This document shows positions 32,401 to 39,846 of a stretch of DNA of 53,212 nt, piece after piece. This DNA comes from a virus (lineage: Duplodnaviria > Caudoviricetes), in IMG/VR virus record IMGVR_UViG_3300023119_000036, positions 1-53,212 of that record; one strand, written 5' to 3'. The translations under genes and the position numbers were made by a program. The notes beneath the pieces are model-generated. The model was not told the origin of the DNA. It searched no databases and worked only from the letters and a program-made list of their open reading frames with translations. How positions within the stretch are numbered: position 1 is the first letter of the stretch; the number at the start of each line of letters is the position of its first letter.

Positions 32401-35400
32401 AAAACTATCATTACCTGCATAAGTGCTTATACCTTGTGGCATGTAAAACTTTGTATTAGATCCTCTAAAAAATATTTCTTCAATTACACCATTAGAATCA
32501 TTTGCTACGGAATATTCTTCTGCTGACTTTTTAGTTGTAAACACTGGATAAAACCATCCATGTTTATTTGCATATTTTCCTTTTTCTGGTTGTGCATAAA
32601 TTTTATACGGACCTGCTGATAATAAAACTTCTCTATTCATAGAAGTATCATCTAATGTAATGTGCGGATACCAGGTTGGATATAAACCTAATTTAGATGG
32701 AGTAGGCGGAATAAAACTTCCGTCAGTAGAATTGTATTCGTAAATGTCTATTACATCGCCATCATTTTTTTCTGCTGTAACAATTACAAATCCTTCATTA
32801 TTAAAAGTATAGTCACGTTTATAAACTAATTGTGTTCCGTTTAGATAGATATAAACTGATTTTTCAGATAGATTATCTAAAGAAAATGGATTAGTTAAAG
32901 GATAGTAGTCTATATTTTTATCAACTACAGCATATGTATTTCTAATGCTCGGTCCATATGCAATCATATCGCTAAAATAAAAAGGTCGTGTTTTATTTTT
33001 GTCTTTGTTTAATTCTTGTAATATTTTATCAAAGTGTATATTTACTTCGCCGTCAAAACCTAACTTATCTGACATATCTGCAAAATTTCTTTTGAAATCC
33101 ATATATTTAGATTTAGAATATTGCAGAGCCTTAATAATATTAAAATCTTTACTTGTGAAATGGTAAATTGCGTTTGCTAAGCCTGCATCATGCTTGACAA
33201 ATCTTTTGCCAAATCTTGATATATTTTTTATATCTCTCAGATTATTGTTACCAGGGTATATACCTTCAAAATCGTTTATGTCTTCTATCATGCTTCTAAC
33301 ATGATCAAAAACTTCTCCTAATGTAAACTCTTTGATATCTTCATTTAATGGATTTCTCTCAAGTGAAATAGGAAGTTCATAATATCCATTTTCGTTTTTA
33401 GTTGCAGAACTATGAGTTTTAACAGTAATAAATTCGCCTTCTTGCAAATCATTTGTTAAATTAATATAAACGTTTTTATCTCTAGATTCTAAATTATAAT
33501 CTTTACCTTTTGCTAGTAATAAATCTCGTTTGTAGACGTGGACAGTAAGATCATCTAAATCTGCTGGATTTTTGTAAACATCAATTTTAAAATTATTTTT
33601 ATTTCCAAGCGAATATTGTATATCTCTAACAACATATTGTTTAAATCTAGTAGGTGTTGTTGACCAACTATTTACATACGCAAAAGTTTCTCTACTTCTA
33701 TATTTTCTCAAAAACGCTGTATCAGTTTTTATTGTTATTAAAGTATCTTCATCTTGGATTGAAAACCTATCTGTCAATAAGTTAAATTCAAAAAGTATAT
33801 CACCTGAATTTTGTATGTTACGATAGGATAAAGGAAATCCTAATTCAGGATCATTAGTTCCTGTTCCTTCCTTGTAAGAAAATATTTTTGTACCTTTGAA
33901 AGTTGTACTATTGAAAACTGTAGGATCGTTATATGCATTTCCTTGTGGACAACATAAATCAAATAAAGGAGGTTGATTAATTTTATTTTTTGTTTGAGCT
34001 TGTATCCATTTATTTTCATGAAAATGGAATGTTGTACCAGCAAACTTTTTTCCTTTAGTAACAAATACAGTTTCTAGGTCAAGAGGATCAGTGTCTTCTG
34101 TCTCCAAAAGTTGTATAAGTCTATCATTATTGACTGTAACAAAATTTACTGTGAATATTTTACCATAAACTAAAGGATCTTTATCCTCAGTGAACAAAAC
34201 TCGCATGCCCTGTTCTAAATTTTGTCCGTCGACGCTATATCCTTGTTGTCCTTGTATTTTAGAAAAAATATCTGTTGTAAATCTATCTATTAAATCAATA
34301 TCTTGTTTTGCAGAAACTCCAAAATTAAATAACTTTATGCCTGCGTCAAATTCAATAATAGGTCTAGCTGCACGATAGTTGTCATCTAGATTTTCAGAAA
34401 TATTATTATATTCAAAACTTTTTAGAACTACATCTTTATGAAACCATCTATTATTTCTACTCCAAGGATTTTTATCAGCTGACGATCTGTTTATAGTAAT
34501 ATAATCTTTTTGTAAGGGATAATTATTAGCACTTGCAAAAGGAAAAACATCAAAGTTTTCTGCGTCGAAAGGAACGTCTATATCTTCTGTGTATGCAGAT
34601 GGAATAGTTAAACTTTGCTTCGATACTAGTGTAATTTTATCGCCTACACCTTCAATGTACCAGTCACCAGTAGTGTATTTTTCAGGATATATATCTCCTT
34701 GGAATCTTATACACAATCCATTTGTAAATTCAATACCGTTAGAAGAAGTATATTGTTTTTTTCCTAAAACGTCATCTTCAATATTCAAAAATGTATTATC
34801 TTCGATATCAAATATTCTAATTTGTCCACTAGTATTAACATCATTTTGGCTGATATAAAACAGTCTTTCGGGTGCATTGAATGGAATAGTAAATTCTATT
34901 GTACCTGATTCTACAAAAGCTACTGCTACTTCGTTTCCAACCTCGTCAAATTTTCTAATACCATCAGGATACAATGTTGAGACGTTTTCGTCAGGTTCTA
35001 TAGTAAAACTTGCATCTTCAGGTAAAACAACAAATTCGCCGATGTCATATTCGTTACCGTATAGTTCTGCATCGAAAAGACCATCGCCTCTAATTCCTTG
35101 TTGTCCTGCAACTAACAAAGCTACTCCAGGAGTAAATGATCTACTTATTGCAAATGCAATTGGATGACCCGGAGTATCTATTTCAAATCTATACGTTTGT
35201 CCTCTATATAATTTTAATTTTGGATTACGGGTAAATCCATCATTAAAAACATACGCAAAATTATCTCCTTGGTCTTCTAGTGTAACTGTGTATGTGCTTG
35301 TAACTTCTCTAGTCTGTCCCCTTACAGGCACTGTCATAGGGCCATTTGGCAACCAGTAATATTCTCTGAAATTAGTAAAAGTATCCCAATTTATATGAGG

Positions 35401-35802
35401 TGTCCAACTATAGCTGTTTACTGTGTTAAGTAAATCATGATTATCAATATTACCGCCAAAGTATTTTATTATGTTTACAAAATCTTTGTAATCTTTAACT
35501 AAATCTACATTTTGTAGGTTGTCTCTCAAAACTATGCTAGGTTCAAGTTGATAATTATTTCTTTGCGTAGAAATATCCTCGACATAATTATCGCCTATTT
35601 CAAACGACTCACTATATTTTCTTCCAACGTAGCCATCAATTTTCTCTGCTACACCATTTGAAATTAATTGGTCTAGTGTTCCTTGTAAAAATTTTCTATT
35701 AGCTTCTGTTCTAAAAAATTTAGGTAAAAAATTTATAGATTTCTTTTTATTATCATCTGGCGTAGGTAGTGCACTTTCATTTTGATTGTCGTTAAGAGCC
35801 AT
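20452..35802 (-). CDS. Giant (5116 aa) baseplate wedge/virion structural protein
   Basis: Uninterrupted 15.3-kb ORF coupled (TAATG) to the gp6-like gene. Contains G.GY..PP baseplate repeats, FG-GAP-like propeller blades (FGYSIDVSEDGEYLVVGVP), CBM-like W/F....Y..G..V.Y....Y repeats and NG....P..DY repeats. Confidence 0.85.
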   Translation of the reverse strand: MALNDNQNESALPTPDDNKKKSINFLPKFFRTEANRKFLQGTLDQLISNGVAEKIDGYVGRKYSESFEIGDNYVEDISTQRNNYQLEPSIVLRDNLQNVDLVKDYKDFVNIIKYFGGNIDNHDLLNTVNSYSWTPHINWDTFTNFREYYWLPNGPMTVPVRGQTREVTSTYTVTLEDQGDNFAYVFNDGFTRNPKLKLYRGQTYRFEIDTPGHPIAFAISRSFTPGVALLVAGQQGIRGDGLFDAELYGNEYDIGEFVVLPEDASFTIEPDENVSTLYPDGIRKFDEVGNEVAVAFVESGTIEFTIPFNAPERLFYISQNDVNTSGQIRIFDIEDNTFLNIEDDVLGKKQYTSSNGIEFTNGLCIRFQGDIYPEKYTTGDWYIEGVGDKITLVSKQSLTIPSAYTEDIDVPFDAENFDVFPFASANNYPLQKDYITINRSSADKNPWSRNNRWFHKDVVLKSFEYNNISENLDDNYRAARPIIEFDAGIKLFNFGVSAKQDIDLIDRFTTDIFSKIQGQQGYSVDGQNLEQGMRVLFTEDKDPLVYGKIFTVNFVTVNNDRLIQLLETEDTDPLDLETVFVTKGKKFAGTTFHFHENKWIQAQTKNKINQPPLFDLCCPQGNAYNDPTVFNSTTFKGTKIFSYKEGTGTNDPELGFPLSYRNIQNSGDILFEFNLLTDRFSIQDEDTLITIKTDTAFLRKYRSRETFAYVNSWSTTPTRFKQYVVRDIQYSLGNKNNFKIDVYKNPADLDDLTVHVYKRDLLLAKGKDYNLESRDKNVYINLTNDLQEGEFITVKTHSSATKNENGYYELPISLERNPLNEDIKEFTLGEVFDHVRSMIEDINDFEGIYPGNNNLRDIKNISRFGKRFVKHDAGLANAIYHFTSKDFNIIKALQYSKSKYMDFKRNFADMSDKLGFDGEVNIHFDKILQELNKDKNKTRPFYFSDMIAYGPSIRNTYAVVDKNIDYYPLTNPFSLDNLSEKSVYIYLNGTQLVYKRDYTFNNEGFVIVTAEKNDGDVIDIYEYNSTDGSFIPPTPSKLGLYPTWYPHITLDDTSMNREVLLSAGPYKIYAQPEKGKYANKHGWFYPVFTTKKSAEEYSVANDSNGVIEEIFFRGSNTKFYMPQGISTYAGNDSFDYETYPIGVPFIVGHDGSQILCYQDYKDGLQLELEKRIYNNIKVDYDQNTIDVYSFLGNDFIGYKVPQQIQNNIMLRDFTEWQTFVQLDYATNNAYDLNNSFTFNYSAGNTERGDKLPGFWRKIYFNVFNTDKPHSHPWHIQGYNNKPDWWEEVYGPAPYTSDNLILWDNIEKGLIADPNNSRIDKKYARPGLRNFIPVDEKGHLLAPLEANVVQNFNQRAASKSFEFGDYSPVESAWRKSSDFPFACIRAMLLSNPADTFAKAFDVANMTINIGNQRTYKHTGKFIENKNIVFPNTYEETQRNLTSGLVNYIYNLVASDILSVHRTYVEEVKKLEINLSFRLAGFSDKAKLNLILESKSPKHDIGTSGVFVPQENYNLVFNTSSPVENFLYSGVIVEKTPGGFKISGYNQNYPLFNFLNPLVGSTKYSVSVGGISEEFSLWTEQKVFKKDSIVFHLNAYYRVITDFTSGNTFDQEFLAKLPNLPSVGGRVAEFYKNYDTYKINQLPYGSILPTVQEVVDFLLGYGKYLETLGFIFDDVTDEIVNDWTSVAKEFMFWTTQGWSNGTVISLSPSANELRFRTNYLVVDDIFDKFYDSHVISSNGDILERNFASLLRDGNSFGIQLIDTDLGLYGANLPLVQKEHVVVIDNTTIFNDVIYHPASGYRQKRMRVSGYRSDEWDGSLNIPGFLYDDAVTKDFTPFQDYKIGSLIKYKQYYYVATENVSGSADINYNQWYRLSEKPEPDLLTNFDYRINQFNDYYDNNSASFDNSLQELAERFIGFQKREYLSNLIVDDVSQLKFYQGMIQEKGSQNAITKLFGALSSSGEDSIDFYEEWAVRSAMYGSTEDIKQIEVELSDTKLTESPQAVLFTDSLPTKNFDKIYRILPSDLKDKPSDYTSQVFPVLDNTIEYVKSVGYVDEADIDFNVSAKEDLALGNVNVFKLGGYIHLTNQINENWTVYQHENLNLTALSLTEATALNPEGKLIYTLEVDKWLDSYVKVGDFIAVRGAQSYNLNGFYEIYEIQNQLAFIVVPTVNDIIGFADEKLTVTTLREVRTNNLSNVNAIVNEKIYDNQKIWVDNYSNNNWSVLQNKKVYNLLDQYDNPSEWDSTRQDFTGSMAATADNNNFFVAASGDESGKVFVYKRSKETARLQLTQELDLREANDIIDSHDQFGYSIDVSEDGEYLVVGVPHASGVKTQFKGTFDPDTTYSKNQIVKYRESFWKANKKIEPQISTQPYSTFDSYVNLVNQEDTDSTTLKLLLSGNFGLPTSNIDHLLIRAPIDMYLGTTGRINDEVGTGDRINLYWNRKSYAYPTQDIYIPFDGQIPSITPEFLSQEHEIVAKIDAVLFVETFVSLPSVGDQIETDTGSGIVYYIAIYRDSAVIYLKDINGVMAVTDELYVSATKNFVGFYTQESTFATSDAVGGFWYIDTGFTYSNNGRYSDIGRGLVYADVKPADSERPLNIYSNIQDTVSIVGNFVNENNRSSFMTHLSYTGDPDGIEAPQPSNLWVVRIGKSFQEDIASNNFFVGKGDPANESLLFNFYDLDNSPVTLNGSGFDIQQLNQSHQIYDIWDGYIDFEYTEFDFEGNPFRIQVGDIIEDVQFPRDGQGGLALTSTTTSSAEIVFAQQQFNNVRVYVKVISGSWTQLSNIGRFQIRRTARDELDVDRVVGTIEDVNNNIILGSAVIGDLLVFENQSGNFDVVDNPAVLDAEYYFYRENFESGIARLPNHPTKLNKDYTQVYNIQGDARGTSSGYANEGVVAIFRRQENGAYDYDKLLVSQYNSAERYFGDEVKIKKQDKLYTLLVGSRGDLDKETRFDPGSIEIFYHGTEEVDRFRGNYQLTQYNAGDIVVYQDNYYRANKDSDESATQSITNPVNWDNISWRYGVDPAYRGNWDNTYGYQQGSIVLKDNAFYEASTNVAAGVEFNTVFWRLVTNEFDYVGYLPNLTGNNFYGEDVYDPETNILEFSKKFDANQNGQVLAVIAELTKSDSTKSKNLVIYRKEDSKYKLYEIIEAPNEIEDWGNEISVKPDGLQIAVSAPKTTVNRLNQGAVYIYTQSAGSFSDNVQIITSPTKELSELFGYKVDITNDNLVITSLNGDQKNPTTFDSQKTTFDLGFTEFSNTSIDAGMVYVYENIEGEYTYSENFRFEDSTYEFGKNLLANNNHVYVGIPFYAEQDIKGVFLDYRKPKNTFAWNIYKNISPPVNLDLIEGAFLYNKKENKIVSYVDYIDPLQGKIAGPAEQDVTFKTFFDPAYYNVGVIGSSNVDTKQAWLDNHVGQVWWDLSTARFVYPYQGSINYQKNNWNLLTEGATIDVYEWVESNILPSRWSALADTDKGTPQGISGEPLYGDGKYSAKLIYDDLSQSFTTRYYFWVKNKKTIPSIKNRNLSVYDIAQLISRPRENNYRYISFVGTDRIILNNFDNLVSSNDIVLNIKYKQKPSLDSNLHKQYKLIADGDPTSEIPEDLDRKWHDSLIGFDTNGRNVPDSSLPIPQKYGILNRPRQSMFVNRIEALKQSIERINLIFKDNLITDDFDISELNRFDNLPTEKTNEYDLQIDTFEELQYVSTNKLSQAILKPIVLNGRVVRVDIEQTGRGYKTPPTFELRGKGSGAEIELSIDNLGRVTSANIIQQGSGYDNTTSIFVRRFSVLVASDSTSINYWTIYGYNEISKTWFRRQSQSFDVRRYWNYIDWYANGYNQFTQVDYEIDQSYQLKALNPRFGSIVKIKDIGSSGWLLLERIGTSGAEDYTSDYKTIGRQNGTIELNDSLYNINSNASGYDNRSFDNGIYDNNPAIELRIILECIRDNIFINDLSVEYNQLFFSSLRYIFAEQKNVDWMFKSSFIKINHKLGALTQDRTFEQDNKEYFEEYVKEVKPYKTNIREFVSSVDYTQPTNSVVTDFDLPPQYNDQFGNIQPISTQVLDGIVKSNVADAVNIYPRKHFFDNLGFSIDEIIVKDGGSGYTLPPKVVIGDGNTTATAQAFLGYGRVTKIQVLNPGQGFISPPTITIEGSQNETGTQAKAYARLTKGVVRTPTVKIKFDRTVGEFTLENLDVTETFTATNIDTVYDLEWPVNVEVDKIKIFVNDEEQLRSKYTVTNVEVSEGSYTYKHGRITFTNPFNAVSTIRVEYYKSIELLDAADRINFAYNPTGNMFGKKLNQLMTGIDYGGVEVRSFDFGGPSGWDSQPWFTDSWDSYENTFEDEVFYSDGSTIAVELTQALEDGVVYNLYKNGVRIDDPNFDEGDPANPFAVVNSVTGDGQQTIINTQDLGIELNDGDIFIVRKITSDGSIIPDLASYDTALEGGDLGYTTAQGINAEEIITDGDLFVSPTQAKTEELVPGTVYDTLDIKVHTKESGGQGIVYCFNYETTTSGDYTHIFRQLPGSADSVLVKYDGQILNDTQYTIDWSAKSVTIPVEADKQLSIIVQEQSTSASIKYLGEIVLTGVLSQFVIDEEYSEEKSIFITKNGQPVEYTAYNYADDVEGDNRFAVILEQEAQGGDVINYSVFSSNEAISYSQVVTDQFTGNGINNTFTLQGTPFYAQPTEHNVIVQVGQTILNSGYSINHIIPQNNQREYRLESFQQPPGSLSADGLKVFLNGQEIFTPEQWRLDIANSAILLSDEYGVPGDSVEIYNISESEYTIAGTQLVLNDVPAADEKIFVYQYSNHDLKDIEKSQYDVVRRMNLISDQEVRSYLRLTTGELELRKPALDAQYVWVTKNGTLLTPSVDYYITDNRRKVRLTELPDQNDVIEVIHFAADVSVDGFSYRQFKDILNRTHFKRLDAAATTLLQDLAYDDLRIEVVDGTDLPEPDKGKNLPGILFVNGERIEYFVKEGNTLRQLRRGTLGTGVPNVHATGTKVYNQNRDKTIPYRDTNLVYNAIADGYTNTFAVNFDVTDKNQVEVFVGGRRLNKNTIAVYDPTKAQTSPDGDVIVTAEFDVANNSLVLNEIPQEQTRVTVIKKQGQIWKKDNETLGTAQNSIARFLRAGTYEHPE

Positions 35803-38800
35803 TAGTAACTATATCCTCCGCCGTTTGAACTGTTTGATCCGCTCGAACTTGTATAAGTTGTAGTTGGGTTAGAATTAACAATTATATTTCCAGTATTTAC
35901 TGCTTGTGCTGAACTAGTAGACTGGCTACTAGTTACTTGAGACGCAGTAGTTGAATTAGAGCTAGTAATTATATTACCTGTGGTTTGAAGTTGTGTAGCT
36001 GTTAATTCTTCAATAATTTCTATATCTGAAACTCCTGCGCCGCTAATGAATATTTCGTCTAATTCGCAACGTATTTCAAATAAGCTACCGAAACTTTGAT
36101 TGCCTTGTCTAGGAACAATTACAATGCTTACTAATTTAGGACTTAATTGATTCATAATATAAGCAGCTAATTCTTGGAAGTAAAAAGTTTCTCCAAAATC
36201 CCAGTTTTCAATTGTAAAAAATCTATTAATTGCTTCTACTACATCAGCTTTTAATTCATTGTCATTTACAACTAACGCTTTATTTCTAACAATTTTAAAT
36301 ATCACTTGTAAATCTTCTTTTGCTTTTTCGCCAAATAGTATTTTATATTTTACAGGATGGTAAATTACTTCATCACTAATTGATTTGATCTTGGATATTT
36401 GGGATCCATAATTCCTAAATAATTCGTCATTACTTTGAGGTAAAGGTAATGACTCAATAGCTCCATTTAAATATTGTCTAATGTTAGTGTCATAACTTTT
36501 AGTCAACAAATACGTATCAATTATATTGCTTGCTGCGGGATCGATTCTATAATTTGAATCAGCTACATGTGTGTATTCAAATCTTAGATTATCTCTACCT
36601 ACAAAGACTTTATAATCTGTAATTGTAGTTTGATTATTTAAAGAAGCATTAATTTGTACAAAAATATCTTCTTCAATCAAGTAAAAAATTTGTCTAGGAT
36701 TATCATATTGACTGTATGCACCTATTTGGCTTAAATTTGTCTTTGTAATTATTGTGTTATCTGTATTATCAAAGTATCTAAATTCTTCTACATTATCGCT
36801 TGTTGTATATTTTTCTAAAAATATTATTTTACTAGAAGGATTTATTAAAGGCTGTACAATCTGATTAAACATATCAGGATCATCAATATATCCATCGTCA
36901 TCTAAATCATAAAAATCAACTTGAATTTTTTTATTATCAATATATCCTTCAGTATCTCTAAAAGCATCTGTGATATTCCAATCAAAATTTCTAGACATTG
37001 GATTGTTATCATCAGGTTGTGTATTGATATCTAAAATTCTAATTTTATCTCTTACTATTTTTCCTGACTTGTAATCATAGATTTTATCAGAGCTATCAAA
37101 AAAGAACTTCATTTCAGAATCACTTTCAAATACATAACGTAAATTTCTATTAGTAATTGTATATTTTTCGCCGTCTGTTTTAAAATATAATAGCCAACTT
37201 GCATCAAGATTTTCACCGGAAGTGTCTCCTGCTTTTCCTAAACTAAATTTGCTTATGGTATTAATATTTTCCGCAAGGACAACTTTCCACTGCGATTGTA
37301 CCCTGTCATATCGCAAAGCAAAATCTTTATAAGCGAAAGTTTGATCAATAATTTGATATTTGAGATCGTTAGGAAAATCTAAATTAAACACAGGAACAAC
37401 TTTTTCTAATAAACTACCAGATGGTATTAAATCATTCAATACAATGCCACCTTGATTTGTAGCAGAATCGATAGTAGTTCCGTCATCTGTCACACTAACT
37501 ACTCTTGTCCATTTATAATTTGAACTGCCAGAATGACCTGCTTCTCCTTCCATTAATGATCCATCTTCCATATAATGGTAACCTTCTGGTGGAATAAATT
37601 TTAAAAGTGATCCTGGTACAATTGTTTGTAAATTATTTGCTGTAAAACTTCCTACTGCAACTGCTGTATTATCTTGATCTACAAGAGTTCCTATGTCACG
37701 ATTTGTTGCAGTAGTAAAACTACTCCACGAAGCATTAAGATCGTTAACTAGTAAATCAGGATATTCACTTAGATAAAAATTTCGTAATTTGTTAGATCTA
37801 ACAATTCCTTGTATAGTGTTAACTATTATGCCTTCTATATCACTTTGACTGCTAAAACGAAAATCTTGTTTTGTATTATAAAGTTCTTTATATATTATTC
37901 CGTCATCAGCATAAAGTTTAGTTGTACTATATTTTCCACTAGGATCATTTAAATCAAAATATCTACTTATGCCACTTGAAATTCTGTTTACACTCCTAGT
38001 TTTAATAATATCCTGACTGACCGATAAAGGCCCAATATTATAATCTTCTCCTGTAACAAGTCTGTTTTGTGTGTAATATGTAGAAGGCGCATTAAGTTTT
38101 ATTTCAGCATTAGATTCAGATCTAGAACCATTAGCAATATTGTACTGTAATCTTAGTCCAATTGTTAAAGTTTCTTGTGCACCGCTTTTGCTTTGATATG
38201 GAACACTTAAATTTACATTACCTATAGATCCTGGTGTAATATTAATAGAATTATTTAAACTTGTTCTGTAGTAAATTCTAAAATTGCCAGAGGGCAAATC
38301 GCCAAATACACCGTCACTGAATACAAGATTGATTCTATCACCTACTCTAGTTTGCACTGAATAAATATTTCTAACCTGATTAAACAAACTATTGTAAATG
38401 ACGTTGTTTCCTTCAACTGCATCTAATTTTGTCCATGCATTTGTTTCAGTGCCCTTTGTGTCAATGTTGTATAACCAAACATCTGTGTCATTAATATTTG
38501 CTGCATCGATTGCAACTAATTGATTAGGAACAGGACTTGTTATATTAAATGTACCTTGTTGTAAATTTCCTTGCCTCATATACATGAAGAAACCTGTATT
38601 TGTAGAGCCTGCTCCTTGGCCGTCATCTCTAAACAACATTGCTGGGCTTGTTCCAGGCAATGGTGGTTCTTCAACAATACTTGTGTTGTTTATATCTGAA
38701 CTTACAACTTCGAATTTTACATTATTTCCTTCAATTACTTTTGTAAAAGGAAATATAGCAGAGTCGGTGTTAATAGAATTAAATCTATATTTTTGGGTTG

Positions 38801-39347
38801 AAACACCTTCTATATTTAATGCTTTAAGGGGATTTCCTATTTGATTAGATACAGGCAATGCTGCATTTATAATTTTTGTGAATTGTTCAAAATAGTTTGC
38901 ATTTGTATTATCATTCCATTTTACAACAGTATTTGATAAATTTAAACCGTTACTGTCAAAAACAGACTCACTGGTTTTTACAGATGTAATTTTAAGCAAT
39001 CCGTTTGCTGCTTGATTTCTGCGTGGATTATACGATAGCATACGTGCAAGACGTAGCACACTTTCTCTGCGTTCTGCTGTTTCAAGAAAATTTTCTCTAG
39101 CATTTAAATCAACACGGAATGATAAATTTTGCCCAAGGAAAGCAATCATATCAATTAGTGCAAGATATTCACTAGATTCAATATAATCGTTAAAATCTTC
39201 AGGATAGTTCTGACGCAAATAGTTAATCATCGCTCTGCGAAGATTATCAAAATCATAGCTTTGAAATTCTGCATTTCTAAAGCTTTGGTATACTCTTTTC
39301 CAGTCCTCTGCTACTAGCAATTTTGACTGTCTATCACTTGAAGACAT
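35802..39347 (-). CDS. gp6: Baseplate wedge subunit, T4 gp6-like
   Basis: YDFDNLR...FNDY...ENFLETAERRESVLRLARMLSYNPR; later FSDGVFG.LP and ES..EIK.NAP..Y.TQNRLVT.EDY, all characteristic of gp6. Confidence 0.88.
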   Translation of the reverse strand: MSSSDRQSKLLVAEDWKRVYQSFRNAEFQSYDFDNLRRAMINYLRQNYPEDFNDYIESSEYLALIDMIAFLGQNLSFRVDLNARENFLETAERRESVLRLARMLSYNPRRNQAANGLLKITSVKTSESVFDSNGLNLSNTVVKWNDNTNANYFEQFTKIINAALPVSNQIGNPLKALNIEGVSTQKYRFNSINTDSAIFPFTKVIEGNNVKFEVVSSDINNTSIVEEPPLPGTSPAMLFRDDGQGAGSTNTGFFMYMRQGNLQQGTFNITSPVPNQLVAIDAANINDTDVWLYNIDTKGTETNAWTKLDAVEGNNVIYNSLFNQVRNIYSVQTRVGDRINLVFSDGVFGDLPSGNFRIYYRTSLNNSINITPGSIGNVNLSVPYQSKSGAQETLTIGLRLQYNIANGSRSESNAEIKLNAPSTYYTQNRLVTGEDYNIGPLSVSQDIIKTRSVNRISSGISRYFDLNDPSGKYSTTKLYADDGIIYKELYNTKQDFRFSSQSDIEGIIVNTIQGIVRSNKLRNFYLSEYPDLLVNDLNASWSSFTTATNRDIGTLVDQDNTAVAVGSFTANNLQTIVPGSLLKFIPPEGYHYMEDGSLMEGEAGHSGSSNYKWTRVVSVTDDGTTIDSATNQGGIVLNDLIPSGSLLEKVVPVFNLDFPNDLKYQIIDQTFAYKDFALRYDRVQSQWKVVLAENINTISKFSLGKAGDTSGENLDASWLLYFKTDGEKYTITNRNLRYVFESDSEMKFFFDSSDKIYDYKSGKIVRDKIRILDINTQPDDNNPMSRNFDWNITDAFRDTEGYIDNKKIQVDFYDLDDDGYIDDPDMFNQIVQPLINPSSKIIFLEKYTTSDNVEEFRYFDNTDNTIITKTNLSQIGAYSQYDNPRQIFYLIEEDIFVQINASLNNQTTITDYKVFVGRDNLRFEYTHVADSNYRIDPAASNIIDTYLLTKSYDTNIRQYLNGAIESLPLPQSNDELFRNYGSQISKIKSISDEVIYHPVKYKILFGEKAKEDLQVIFKIVRNKALVVNDNELKADVVEAINRFFTIENWDFGETFYFQELAAYIMNQLSPKLVSIVIVPRQGNQSFGSLFEIRCELDEIFISGAGVSDIEIIEELTATQLQTTGNIITSSNSTTASQVTSSQSTSSAQAVNTGNIIVNSNPTTTYTSSSGSNSSNGGGYSY

Positions 39348-39366
39348 ACGTTAATTCCTTATTATA

Positions 39367-39400
39367 GAGTATTTATGTGAGATAATTATCTGAGTATTTA
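39367..39400 (-). promoter_or_regulatory. Tandem late-promoter motifs TAAATACTC flanking a 12-bp palindrome
   Basis: TAAATACTC at 39400-39392 and 39375-39367; AGATAATTATCT at 39380-39391. Confidence 0.65.
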
Positions 39401-39835
39401 ATTTACTAAGCCAATATTTTGATCAAAACTAAAACGCATTTGTTCTGTTACTGCATAATCTTTATAGGTAACTGTTGCAATAACCTGTATGCCATTTTCA
39501 TATGTATCGACGTACACTTCTTCAGCTTTAATCCTTGGATCGTAATTGATAATAAATGTTACATTTTCTACAATGGCACGTTTTAATGCCGGAGTAAAAG
39601 GTTCAAACAAAATGTCCCATATAATACATCCAAAAGTTGGATCTCCTAATTTCTCTCCTTGGCGAATATGGAAATGATTGATTAGGTCTTGCTTTATAAT
39701 TTCAAAATCGTAACGCTTGAACCCTTTACTTGGATCGCCTGAATAGAAGCCTCTATAAGCCCTTGATGGTTTTGGCTCGATGTTTGTACTAGGAACTTGT
39801 ACCCTTTTGTAAATATTTTGTTCTAATTCACTCAT
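39398..39835 (-). CDS. gp25: Baseplate wedge subunit / sheath initiator, gp25-like
   Basis: IKQDLINHFHIRQGEKLGDPTFGCIIWDILFEP...YDPRI matches the GPW/gp25 family pattern. Confidence 0.9.
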   Translation of the reverse strand: MSELEQNIYKRVQVPSTNIEPKPSRAYRGFYSGDPSKGFKRYDFEIIKQDLINHFHIRQGEKLGDPTFGCIIWDILFEPFTPALKRAIVENVTFIINYDPRIKAEEVYVDTYENGIQVIATVTYKDYAVTEQMRFSFDQNIGLVN

Positions 39836-39838
39836 AAC

Positions 39839-39845
39839 GTATTTA
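39839..39845 (-). promoter_or_regulatory. Putative late promoter TAAATAC, 3 nt before the gp25 ATG
   Basis: TAG G TAAATAC GTT ATG in the 11-bp intergenic gap. Confidence 0.55.
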
Positions 39846-39846
39846 C

